Shown here one piece after another: positions 14,528 through 27,500 of a stretch of 64,000 bases of DNA. The notes under the pieces are model-generated. The model ran no database searches, was not told the origin of the DNA, and saw only the letters and a list, made by a program, of their open reading frames with translations. Numbering within the stretch: the first letter of the stretch is position 1; each line of letters begins with the position of its first letter. The stretch comes from Paraspadella gotoi. Its lineage: Eukaryota > Animalia > Chaetognatha. The stretch lies in NCBI GenBank assembly GCA_051294375.1, contig CM119268.1, positions 8,365,008 through 8,429,007 of the forward strand, written 5' to 3'. Made by a program: the position numbers and the translations under genes.

Positions 14528-15081
14528 AAGCCGCAGCTGCCTCCGCTTCGTCACACAGCAGATCGTTTCATGTTCGGAGTCGTGATCCGATTCAAAGTTC
14601 GCGTATGTTGAAAAAATTGTGATTCTTTAAAAAAAATATTCCTAACATATTATTTAAGGATTAATATGTAATTGCTTAATGATCATTTTCATTGATATTC
14701 GATCAAGCCAGCGCGTTAGTTATCAGTTACAAACTAATAACGACTGGTGGCAAACACTTTCTGTTGTCAACTTTTTTAAGACAAACGGCCGATCAGTGAA
14801 AACTACAAACATCGAGGTAATAATAAATAATAAACAGAAAACAAGACTGTGTGGGAGGACGGGCGATTGCCAAATCGCGCGAGACTCCTTACCCGATCGG
14901 CGGCGCGCGACGGAAGTCACCGATAAAAGAGAAAAACAAAAGAACAACGAAAGAATAAAAGAGGAAACGAAGGGCGAAGACGAAGAGAAGGAGAACGAGT
15001 GGCCAAACACGGAATTTGGATACAATAAAAAAAAAGCGACAGTTGGTGAACGAGAGAGAGAGAGAGAGAGAGAGGAGGGAG

Positions 15082-15137
<56 letters not shown>

Positions 15138-15730
15138 AACCCGCCTCCTTCAATGAGATTAGAAATTCGGATTTTCGGTTGGAATCTGAGGATTTTTAAT
15201 GAAACTTGTGCGAGGGCGTTGAGGACAAAGATTTCCCCTCCTCCTCTTCCTCCTCCTCTTCCTCATCCTCTTCCTCTCCTCCCTCTTCTTTATTTTCTCT
15301 TTAAATCCTTTTCTTTCTCGTCCTTTTTATTCTTTAAAGAGAATGAAGGAAGTTAGAGGGCGGAAGTTGGAAAGGGATTTCGTCGTTATTGTTGTTGTTG
15401 TCGTCGTCGTCGTAGTTGTCCTCAAACTGAGATACAAACAAAAACAAGCGACAAACAAAAGTCAAGGGAACAAAATAAAGTTCTACTAATGGATGATTTG
15501 AAATTATAAATTTGAAACGATAACTTTTAGTAATGAATCTGTAATGGGGACAGAAACGTTGATGACAACAATCAACGGCCAGAAATGATGGCAACGACGA
15601 CGATGGCAACAATAACAACAACAACCTCAGTGTCGGCTGTAGTCGATGACAAAACAAAACCTTCGACGCCTTTATTGCTTACATTCCCGCAGCGCGATCT
15701 TGATCCCTGCCTTTTAATCTCTCTCTCTTC

Positions 15731-15782
<52 letters not shown>

Positions 15783-15953
15783 TTCTCTCTTCTATCTCTC
15801 TCTTTCCTCTCTCTCTCTTTCTCTCTTTCTCTCTCTCTCTTCTCTCTCTCTCTTTCTCCACTCTCTCTCACTTCTCTTCTCTCTCTCTCTCTTATCTCTC
15901 TCTCTTCTTTCTCTCTCTCTCTCTCTCTCTCTCTATTCTCATCTATCTCTCTA

Positions 15954-15984
<31 letters not shown>

Positions 15985-16044
15985 TTATCTCTCTCTATCT
16001 CTTTCTCTCTCTCTTTATATCTCTTTCTCACTCTCTCTTTCACT

Positions 16045-16076
<32 letters not shown>

Positions 16077-16293
16077 TCTTACGATCATTATGAGGCGATC
16101 AATAAGTTCAATGTTTTAGCTGATTAATTTTGGGAAACCATAGATGGCGCTGTAATCCGTGCAATGCGTCATCGTTCGTCATTTCGAAGGCGAACGACGA
16201 TGACGCTTCACCGCGGGCGCCAGCGTCCAGTTTTCGTGACGCCATTTTGGCGAAGAATGATTCACGGAAAAAATAAAATCCTTTTCCATTGTT

Positions 16294-17044
16294 TTTAGTC
16301 GGATCTGCTGATCAGCAGATCCCGACTCTATAATTCACTTTGTCGGTCCGTCGGTCCGCCCCCTCAATCTTGTTGGGCATTCACTTATATCATGTCAGAA
16401 CATCGAATTATGCAAAAAAAACGATGTCCGTCTGTCTGTCCGTCTGTCCGTCCGTCCCACCTTAACAAAAAACACAAAATACTCGTGATTGAATGGATGG
16501 ATTGGAATGAAATTTTGTATGTGGTTAGGGAAGTGTGTGATTGAGCTGGACATGAAGTTTCGATAGAATCGTCCAAGTGGAAATTAGTTTAAATAGAAAA
16601 AACAAAAAAATATATTTCATTATTTGAATACCAATTACTCATGAGTGGATGGGGCAATTGACCTGAAATTTTGTATGTGGGTAGGAAAGTGTGTGATTAA
16701 GCTGGAAATCAAGTTTCGATGGAAACATTTGAGTGGAAATGAGTTTAAATGGAAAAAACAAAAAACAAGATTCACTAATTGATTATGCTTCGTTTTTTTC
16801 TTATATTAAATGTAAATGCAAGATGTATAAATTAATTAAATAATTAATTAGTTCATTAATCAATTAGTCAATTAATTAATCAATTATTAATTAATCAGTC
16901 AATTAATCAATCAAAATAAACAATTCGGATCAGGTAAATTAATTAATTGACTAATTAATTAATTAACTTAATTAATTAACTTTAATTTATTTACCGATAA
17001 TGATCGTGGGCAGATCCGACATTGTTTGCTCAAACTTGTTTTTT
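16294..17044 (+). mobile_element. Complete DINE-1/HINE-like non-autonomous Helentron element
   Basis: 5' subterminal GTCGGATCTGC with an adjacent inverted copy GCAGATCCCGAC, a (GTCY)n microsatellite, two ~140-bp internal tandem units and an AT-rich (ATTA/ATCA) tract. The 3' end has GCAGATCCGAC, a GTTTG-CT-CAAAC hairpin and a T-run; the flanks are T-rich with no evident TSD. Confidence 0.75.
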
Positions 17045-17225
17045 CCTCCGTCATTTTTTTTTCAAAAATAACACGTGACCGAAAAGAAAAGGCAAGACGT
17101 TAATTTCTTCATCGTCGTCGTCATTGTCGTCGCATTCGTCGTCGTCGTCGTCCTTGTCGACTTTGAAAACAAGAAGCTTTTTATTCTTTCCCACAAGAAA
17201 CTTTTTTTTAAAAATTGAAACCAAT

Positions 17226-17283
<58 letters not shown>

Positions 17284-18009
17284 ATGCCCCCTCGACTCGA
17301 TTCCCCGAAATGATTGAAAAGTCGATGATTGTTTTGGGAAAGCGGATTTTCCACGAGGAAAGAGAATTAGGGTGGGAAGAGAAACTGGAAATGGGTGGCA
17401 GGGCATGGTCTAGGGGTGGCATGGAATACTTTGGTGGGGGAAGTCGTGGCTTCGGGGTAGTAGGGGCATAAAAAGGAAGGGAGTTGAGTGGAAAGCTAAT
17501 GCGTAATATGAGGCGCGCATGCGGTACCTTAGAATAATGAATTGAAGGGTTTTAAATATTATGATGACGGTTCAACACAGTGTTGGACGATACGCATTAT
17601 GGATGGAATTGGGTTGGCTGAAATAAAGATAAGGAACTAGATTAGTATTTATTTGAAAAAAAAGATTAAAATTTTTGTATGATTTACATTTTTGAATTGA
17701 TAATTGATACGATGGAGGGAGAATCCCAAATTCGGACGAAACCTCTTTTCCCTTTCTTTTTCCACGAGAACAATTACGACGGATTTTCGCCTTTAAAGAG
17801 AAGCGATTGTCTCATGGGTCGATCGTCCGATCGAGAGACAACGGTCGACGACGATGACGAAGGTGATGACGACGACGACGACGACGATGAACGAAATCGA
17901 CCTCGTCGCATTATCATCCGCGGATAGTTCATCCGCCCCGATGACCATATGGCATCGAAATTGACTTACCACATTCGTCTCGAAGAGATCTTCCATCTTC
18001 GACGGGTCA

Positions 18010-18131
<122 letters not shown>

Positions 18132-19113
18132 GAGAAGGAAACTACCGCAAAAAATTCATGCATGGTCTCGTGATTGCGGCGGAGTGGTCAAAAGTTCACG
18201 GCGAATCGAAGACCAGCAGAATCGCAGCCATTTTGTGTTACAATTGGTGTTGTTTTTAGTAATATAAAATGAATTATGGTTTTAAAACAAATGTTTCAAC
18301 ACTGGCATTGCTATATTTAAACTAACTAAAAATTTATGAGATATTTGACTGCATTTGTGAACAGTATCGGGATTTCTATAATTTTTTTTAGTTAAAAACA
18401 AATAAAACAATTGTCGCCTTTTCGCGTTATTCTATCAGTATTTATTTGTCACTATCTCGTCCAAAACCCAGAACGGTTTCTTTGAACGCCATCTGTTGAG
18501 AGATAGAAGCGAAAGAAAGTGATTGATTGATCAGTCGTTCCACCGATTTATGAGCCTGCGACGATGACGACGACGACGACGACGATGACGACGACGATGG
18601 AGAGGAAGTGAATGACAAAGAAGAGGTAAGTCGATGGTTAACTCGAAAATTAGCGACAAAGATGTCGACGAGGATGAAAATAAAAAAAGTAAAAGAAGTT
18701 TCTCTTTAAGTATATATATCTAAATTAGTTTATATCGTATAATATATATTATTTACGTATGTTTTATTTCTTTAGTTCTTACCTCATTCCTGTTTATCCT
18801 CTTTATTTTTTAATTTGAAATATGTATATTTTTCAAACAGTTTTTTCTATTTGCGATTTTCCCATAACAGGATGATAATAAATAATAGAGAAGCTATTGA
18901 CTTACTTTAAATATCCTTTTATATACATATACCGTATATGTCTGTTAATAAAAGGGCTTTGAAATGTAAAAAGTCTAAGGTGGAATGAGTAAAAAGGACA
19001 AAGACGAAGTAATCACCGACGACGTTGGCGACGAGGAAAATTAAACGACGAAAGATTAACTGAAATTGAGTGAAACAAAGAAGCTTTTACCCTCGGCCTC
19101 GCTCGTGTGACTT

Positions 19114-19148
<35 letters not shown>

Positions 19149-19269
19149 TCATGGAGGGTGAAAACAAGTGGACTGGAAAATCGTATCCGCCATCCGACTA
19201 AGTGACTTCGTCACGACCACGATGAAGACGACAGAGAGAGAGAGAGAGAGAGAAGAGAGAGGAGAGAGA

Positions 19270-19328
<59 letters not shown>

Positions 19329-19716
19329 TTCAACTCGCGATATTCCACGTTCTCAGCCGAGTTCGCGTGCCGATTTGGGGTTGCAATGGGGTGAAAAGAG
19401 GGGGGGGACTGAAAATATAGAGAGAGAGTCGATCCAAGGATCGTCGTCGTCGTCGTCCTCGTCGTCGCCGAAGACTTTATCATCGTTCGTCTCCATCGTC
19501 GTGTTGCCACCAGAAAAAAAAAAATCCCACGATGGCGATGAACAAAGGAAATTAAAGATTGAGATGGAGTCGGAAAAGGTAGTCGGAGTCGGAGTCGGAG
19601 TAATAGAGTCGGAGTAATAGGGGAGTCGGAGGAAATAAAGTCGGAGTTAGTCGGAAGGATCACACTTCTTAGATGTGAGGAACTGCGGATGAAGTCCTCC
19701 TCTACCCGCATATGTT

Positions 19717-19751
<35 letters not shown>

Positions 19752-20882
19752 GCAAAAATTATATTTTAGGGTTGTTATAAAGTAAATATTACTATTATTG
19801 TTAATATTTAGTATTATTGTTATGTAGTATATAAGATGGATTAAACATCTTGAACAATTGGTCAGGATAGGAAAGGTTTATAAAAAAAATCCTTACGAGG
19901 CAGAAATACTATGTATAATGTATGTATTGTATATGTTGTAGTGTATATTATAAACTGACCAATAAGGCGGGCCGAAATTGGTCACTTTTTATCATTAGGA
20001 GTTATAAATATTATATATTATATATTATATAAATATAATATAAAATTAATTAGTCCGTCATATCCTTAATCAATATTTACTATCACTTTTTTAATAAATG
20101 AAGCACGGTATAACATTGAAGCATTTAAATATTTATCAATGCATAGGCAAGGAAAAATAATTGTTTTGATATATAAAGGAAAAACCCTCAAAAATCATCA
20201 TCATCATCATCATCATACCATAATTTTTATAGTTTTTCCTAATTTTAACCAATGAAACATAAAAATTTGAAAATCTTTTAATAATGTTTTTTATTTATTT
20301 TTTTAAGCTTTACCCGGACCCTTTTTTAAAAACTCTGTATTTGAAAAAAAATATTTTCATGATTTATAGTAAATACGATAAACGTTAAATGCTTAAATTT
20401 AAACATAAAATCTAATTTTTTTTTTTAAATTTCGTTATCCCTGTTATGCTCTATCGTTATTTATGAAATTGGTACAACCAATATAAAAATTATAAAAATA
20501 TATTACAGAACTCTTAGTTTTAACCTTGTTTCGCCTTATTGGGAATAAATCGAGTGAATAAAGGTTTCTCCAGTAAATCAGTCTATTTCAGTACAAAATA
20601 TATGAGTGGTATAACCAAGTCAAAAAATATATATATATACATCTGTGAAATCAGATTTTCCATATTACACGAATCAAAGTATTCCTTTTACAATCCGAGA
20701 AGCTCTAAAAATTTGTACAAATAATAATCCTTAATCGTTTAAATTAAATAAAACAGACACTGAGATAATAAGCTGAAGAATATTCCGATTCTAATGACCG
20801 AATTCAGTTAAAAAATGTTTTTTTTTCTTTAAGAAACTTTTTTTTCAGCCATAATTTTTTTTTGACACAAAGATCAAAAATC

Positions 20883-22184
20883 CTACACGAATATTGCAAT
20901 TATACGGAGCAAAAAAGCCCCGGCGACCAGGGTGACCTGAACCGGGATAGGTAACGTCGGTTCACAGGGCGGAGGGTGAGGCTCAGTTGGTCCAGGCTCG
21001 GTTGGTCCCGGCTTTGTCGGTTCGGGCGGAACGATCGACGGTACAACCGTTGTCACGTTATTCAATTGTGAATCGATCCAATCGTTGAACGGTTTCACAT
21101 CAACTACGACCGCGACATTTCCGTGCGACATCATCAAAATTCCATTCAATCTGGGACCATCGGCTCCGTAATTTACAACCCCTGACCCATAGTCCGTTGC
21201 TGGATTATGGTACATGGGCAGTGAGGCGCATTGAAACTCGTTCCCTAAATAAGCCGGGAGTGGACAGTATTTTCGTGGAAACAGACTACCCTTTGGAATT
21301 AGCGCCTTTCTCAGCATGTAAGAAGCTTCTTTTGCCAAGCCAAAACCCGTTGTCATGTATGACTTGCTCATAACCGCCAGCTCCGACGAGGGCGAGCGAT
21401 CTCGTTCGATTGGGTAAACGAAGGCGTTAAGTTGGAAAGGATAATAGGCCTTCAAAATTGTTAGTGGGTAATGGTGCACATGATTCCTTGCCAAAATTGA
21501 TTGCCTCGTACATTCCCAAATTGGATTGTCACGTAGAATGTGACCAGTGATGATGAGTGGTGTCTCCCAATAATTCAAAGGAATATAAGTAGTAAGAACG
21601 TGATATTCATCCAATAGAATGCCAGATTGGTGAGTCCCGTCGGACTTTTTCACGTTCACGTGCCAGGGCATTTCTCCCCTCCGAACAAGAGTTGGGTCCA
21701 AATATGTCGAGTTTTTCTTGTCTTCGGGAATTGGGGTTCTCAAATAGACCAATCGACATTCCCAGTCTTCTGGCATTGGGTCAACAGTAAATTTTTCTTT
21801 TATCCATTCTAGATGTCGGTCAATCCGGGTATAAAATGAAGTTTCGCCGCATCCAGATCCATTATTTGCGGTGGAGGCAATGCCCACTGCTACTGCTTTG
21901 CCCTCTTTAAAGATGGTCAAGGGCCCCCCTTCGTCGCCGATACAGGCGCCCCCTGCCTCAGATAAAACGCTGATCTTATCACTCATGTTTCGTCCGAGCG
22001 TCTCGTTTTGGAAGCTCGCATTCACAATTTCCACCATCTTCCCTTGCAAGCGGATAGGATTCATTACGGATGAGGGCAAGTTGTTTCCGTGCTGGTCTTT
22101 CAGTAACCATTGGCCAAAACCAGATATCCAACCTTTTTCGGGAAGTACCTTTGAAGTGAATTAAATTGAATTTAGATTTTTTCA

Positions 22185-22235
<51 letters not shown>

Positions 22236-22776
22236 AAAATATAAAGAATGGAAATTTAAAAAAAAAAACAAAACGCCGTTTTATTTAAATGTAGTTTTTA
22301 TTTATTTATATAAATTTTTCTGTCAAATACACATAAATATTTAATTCCCCCTGTTTCTTTTTACCGAAACCTTGTAGTGATAATACAGCGTGCACCTCAC
22401 TTTAATAATTGTTTTACCTTGTATTCTGCAACTTTGGATATTTATAGTCTGTTTTTGTTTTGCATATTTTTACTCTATTTTTTTTTTACCTTGTTTTCCA
22501 ATGGCGTACAAGCTGTCTGGACAAATGTATTCAAATTGAATTTTTCATGAGTTAAAACTGCAATATCATTTGAAAAGCCATCGAAGGCATGGTGGAGTTG
22601 AACGTTTATAACTGCAACTTTCTGCCGCGAGCATTCGCTAATTGATAAATCTCGGTAAATATGCCCGCCATATAATTTCCAATTTGTAATAAGGGATTTT
22701 GACTTCCAATCGTAGATGCAGTTAGCAGCTGTGAGTGATCGAGTGTCGTCCAGCAGTATTGCCCCGCATTTATTGT
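20883..22776 (-). CDS. Polyprotease exons 12-13: inactive A5 (TAANC, DIAVL, GDEGGP), B5, Pro/Thr stalk and hydrophobic tail
   Basis: Exon 22776-22490 translated by hand (KCGAILLDDTRSLTAANC...NDIAVL). ORF 20883..22079 ends PEPTKPGPTEPGPTEP...VTLVAGAFLLRIIAIFV*. Confidence 0.85.
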
Positions 22777-24483
22777 CTAAATAAGAAAACGTACTTACTA
22801 TAATACAAAGACTTTTGTGGCAATGTTAATTTTAAAATCTTTTTCGTCATTTTTCGTTCTAAAAATTCATATGAATTTTTGAGGTAAAAGAGTTGAAGTA
22901 TTTTATTAAGAAATCGAAGAGAAATTAAGACAAAGAAAGTTTTTTTTTTCAATTAGTATAATCACACCCTTAAAACATCCATAAATGATAAAGGTAAAAG
23001 TGACAGATTAATGTTTTATTATAGAGTAGAAAACCCAATAAAAAGCAACGTAAAAACGTAGTTTTTGACACTACAAACGAAATCGCTGCTATGTAAATGT
23101 AACATTCGAATTTAGCATACCTAAAGATAGTTGATAGGGGAATTGCCCGTGCTTTGCAGGCAAACCACCAATAATTCTTGTTTCTTTGTAGCTTCTTTCA
23201 CCACAAGTACCATTGAAAGGGTTAATACGATTGTTGGAGCAATCTGGCTGTATTATGGGTTGATTCTTCCTTTTGATAAAGTCAATCCAAAATTCAAGCT
23301 CAGGAGAACTCGTGTTTATAAAAGTGAAACTATTGTAATAATAAGAAGATCTTTTTAAAATTCCTACAAGAGTCGGAGGATTTGTTTCAAAATTAAAAAC
23401 GCCAGAACCTTTATCGATGCCAACTTCGCGAGGAATGGTTACATTTGTGCATATGTAATCGTTATTCCACAAGCATTTCCGGTCATTGACCAAATTAGAG
23501 TTTGATACTTCTATTGTTCGCAACATGTAAGAAATATCGGCGGCGATGTCAAAGCCGACCAATGTAAAAGTGCTCGGCAATTGTTGTCCTTGACAGCTCG
23601 GTTGAACAAAGTAATTTAAATCAAAAGGTTCTATCGTAAACAAAGAAAGCAGTGAATTATAGTTTTCTTTTTTCAGTACACGCTTGTTTTGGCCAGTGCA
23701 CCCTGCCAAATATGTATTTCTTACAATGTGTCCCGCTTGGATGTATAATGTTCTCCACTCATTAGAGTAATCATAAACGGTTAATACATGCCTGCTATCA
23801 ATCAGAACTCCTGATTGGATAATTTCACCGTAATAAAGGATGCTTACATGCCATGGAAATTGTCCTCTCAGCGCAATATTACTAATTTTTCCGCCATTAA
23901 ACGAGAAATTGTAAGAGTTTTCGTCACATGAGCTAAAATTGAAATAATTTTGTAAAGCTTTTGCGCATTCCTCCTCCGTTGGAAGCAGAGGTAATTGTGA
24001 CTCGATCTTGTCATTTATCCATTGCATTCTTGGCGCCACAGGTACAAATCGAGTGATTCCTCCACAACCGGATTCGACGGGCAGCGCGATGCCTACCAGT
24101 GTCGCATTTTCGTCTTCTATTTTTACGAGGGGCCCTCCTTCGTCGCCATAGCACAACCCTTTATCCTTGTCATTGTGACCCGCGCATAAAGTTGCCGAAG
24201 GGTTCGTTCCCAATAAAATTCCGCATTCAGTTTCATTATAAATTTGAACTTGAAGCGCTTGCAAACGATCGGGAATTCTATCAACCATGTTGACGTAGCC
24301 AAAGCTTTCAAGTGCTCTCAAATATTGTCCAAAACCGGTTATCCAACCGGCACCAGTATATTTCTAAATAAAAAAATGGTAAAGCAGAAAGATTAATAAT
24401 TAAATAGTTTTCATTTTTGATCTCCCAAATAGTTATTTCGTTTTATCGGTAAATTTAATAAATAATTGACCACTGACTACTAG

Positions 24484-24535
<52 letters not shown>

Positions 24536-27500
24536 TCTTAAGAGAATTAAAGTATTTGAACAGCAGCTGAAAGATCGGTTGTCATTTTGGTCTAACTTCT
24601 TGCATTCATCTATTTTTAATAGATTAAGGCGTAATATATGGTACCCTAATAACTTTTTAATTTTTAAAAAAATATTAATATTTTCTCACTTGTTCTGTTG
24701 TCGTGCAGATGGGCTGAACAAACAAATTGAATTTGATTTCTTCAGTTGTCAGAAGAGCAATGTCGCTTATATCTATATTCAGAACGCGGACCTTTTGCCT
24801 CGAGCATTCATCAGTTGATACATCCCTATAAAGGTTACCAGCATACAAATGTATCTGTGTTCTTAATTGAGAGCCGAGGTAAACGCAGTTTGGCGCAGTC
24901 AGGACATGGGTAGCATCCAAAATGACGCCTCCACAAAAATCCTCTAAAAGAAAGATATGTGAAATGTTTGATTAAAAAAAAAAGAAAATAAATAATTTAT
25001 TTTATCAGTACGAAAAAGAACGAGAGATAGAGAGAGGGAGAGAGAGATTCGAACCATGTACGTTAATTAGATAACATAAGAACTTGACTTTGGTTTTTTC
25101 CATTAAAACTAATTTCCACAGGCACGATTCCATCGAAACTTTATATCCCCTTCGTCACACAGTGTCCTACCTACACACAAAATTTCATCTCAATGTATCC
25201 ATCCTATTATGATTAATTCGAGTAATTATGGGTTAAATTTAGTAAAAAGAATTTAGTAAATGTGACTTATGTTTTTTTTCCATTTAAACTCATTTCCACT
25301 CGCTCGATTCCATCGAAACTTTATATTCAGCTTAAGCAAACATATTGCTACCCACACACAAAATTTAATTTCAATCCATTCATCCAATCACGAGTAATTG
25401 GAGTTTTTTGCTAACGGGGGACGGACAGACTGACAGACAGACAGACGGAGGGACGGACATCGTTTTTTGTTTTGCTTAATTATCATAATTCGAGGTTCTG
25501 ATATGATAAAAATGATTTACCGACAAGATTTTGGGGTGGGACCAACGGACCAACAAAGTGAACTATAGAGTCGGGATCTGCTGATTTATCAGCAGATCCG
25601 ACTAAAAAAAGTATTTTTCTATTATTATGAAAAAAATTTAAAACCTTATTGCTCTTGGTTTCGATTATATTCCAAGTTTTTTCTAATCACTCCAGATTTA
25701 ACTCCCTGTATGTAACTTTCACTACGCTCTATTGGTTACTTTCAGTCACATTGAAGCGCTTCGGTCACTCAGTAAGTCTTAAATCTACATTCAAGAAAGC
25801 AAGATTTTATGATCTAATTAATTCTTTTTTGTGGCTTGAATGAGGAAAATGTAAAGAGGAATGGCATGACAAAGAAGATAGCACGACGAGGAGAAAGGTC
25901 TGTCTTCTGTTCTAGGGAGTGAAAGTAATAAATACCGACTTACCAATTTGTATTTGATATGGAAATTGCTGATGAACAGCGTTTTCACCACGTCTTATAC
26001 GAGGCTCCCTGTAACTTCGTTTTCCACAAGTTCCATTATAGGGATTAAAGGATAAATTTTCGCAAATTGGTTTTATTGTGGGAGCGTCACGTGATAAAAA
26101 CCAATCAATCCAATCATTATAAAAAGTAATATCAATAACTGACCAAACGTAAGTATAAGTATAATAATCAATATGTTTAGATAAAAGTCCGACCAAAATA
26201 GGTGGGTCAGCATCATTCATCACTGCCGACCCACGATCTGATTCAAAATCACCAACAACCTTCACATCGGTACAAAAAAGATAATAATAATAACTATAGC
26301 AGTAGTTTACATTGGATACTTTCTTTTTTTTCAGTTCGTAGGAAATATCTGGAAGAATACTGAACCCTATTATGTTTATCGTATTTGGGAGGGTAGAATT
26401 TTTGTTACGCTTAACAGGTTGAACATAAATATTGAGTTCAAAGGGCTCTGTTGTTAAAACCGAGATCTTGCCGAGATCTATCGAATTCAAAACCTTTTTC
26501 TTTTGTCTGGTACATTCGTTAAGGGAAAAGTCGCACAAAACGTGACCAGCATAAACGTAATATTCATAAAAACTATAAAAATTGAAAGAAGCCGTAATTA
26601 CATGAGTTCTATCCATTAAAACCCCAGCGCGGTACAATTTTCCATCCCTTTCAATGTTGACATGCCAAGGAAATTCTCCTCTCTCTACTAAATCTTTATC
26701 CTGCGTTCTATTATATAATTTATTTGTGTCATTTATAGTCATGTTTGATGGAACTTTAACGAGTTGGCAATCTTCTTCTGTGGGCAGAGGAGATTTTTTC
26801 ATTTTTTTTTCAATCCATGATGAATAGTAAGAGATCGAAGTGTAATACAAAATGTCATTGCAACTTTCTGGCTTAGTTGTGGCAGAAGTTCCAACGAGAA
26901 AGGCGGTTTTGTTTTTAAAAATTATTAACGGACTTCCACCCTCTCCATAGCATGTTCCCTCATTTCTTTTCTGAATGCAAATATGACTAGTATTTCCACA
27001 AAAACTGTTATTTAGGATTTCAACTTCTATTCCCTGCAATCGAGCTCCTTCATATCCAAAAAAATTGTTTCCAAAGCTTGATATCAATCCATTGGAAGGT
27101 AAAACCTGAAAAATAAAATTAAGAAAAAAGTTTAAATCGGAGATGCAGACGCGACTAGAAACGCGCGGAGGCGCATGTTTTTTGAGGTTTTTGCCAAATT
27201 ATAACCTTTCTATTGTTCCAAAAATTTTTTTTTTTCAAATTTAAATACTGCTAAATTCTGAATCGTTTATCAGAAGCCATTGATTTTTTATTAACATATT
27301 TTTTATTCAAAAAGAAAATATTTCTCATTCTATTTATATTTATTTTATCTAATAAGTTGTTGTACATAAGCATATGGTGGACTAAAATCTCCCAACCGTT
27401 CATCAGCGGCTATTGGTGCCGGAGGCAAGTCATTTGCCTCCCAACCCAAAGGTCTGGGGTTCTTGCCCGGTGGCCGCCTAGTAGTTAAGACATCAGCGGC

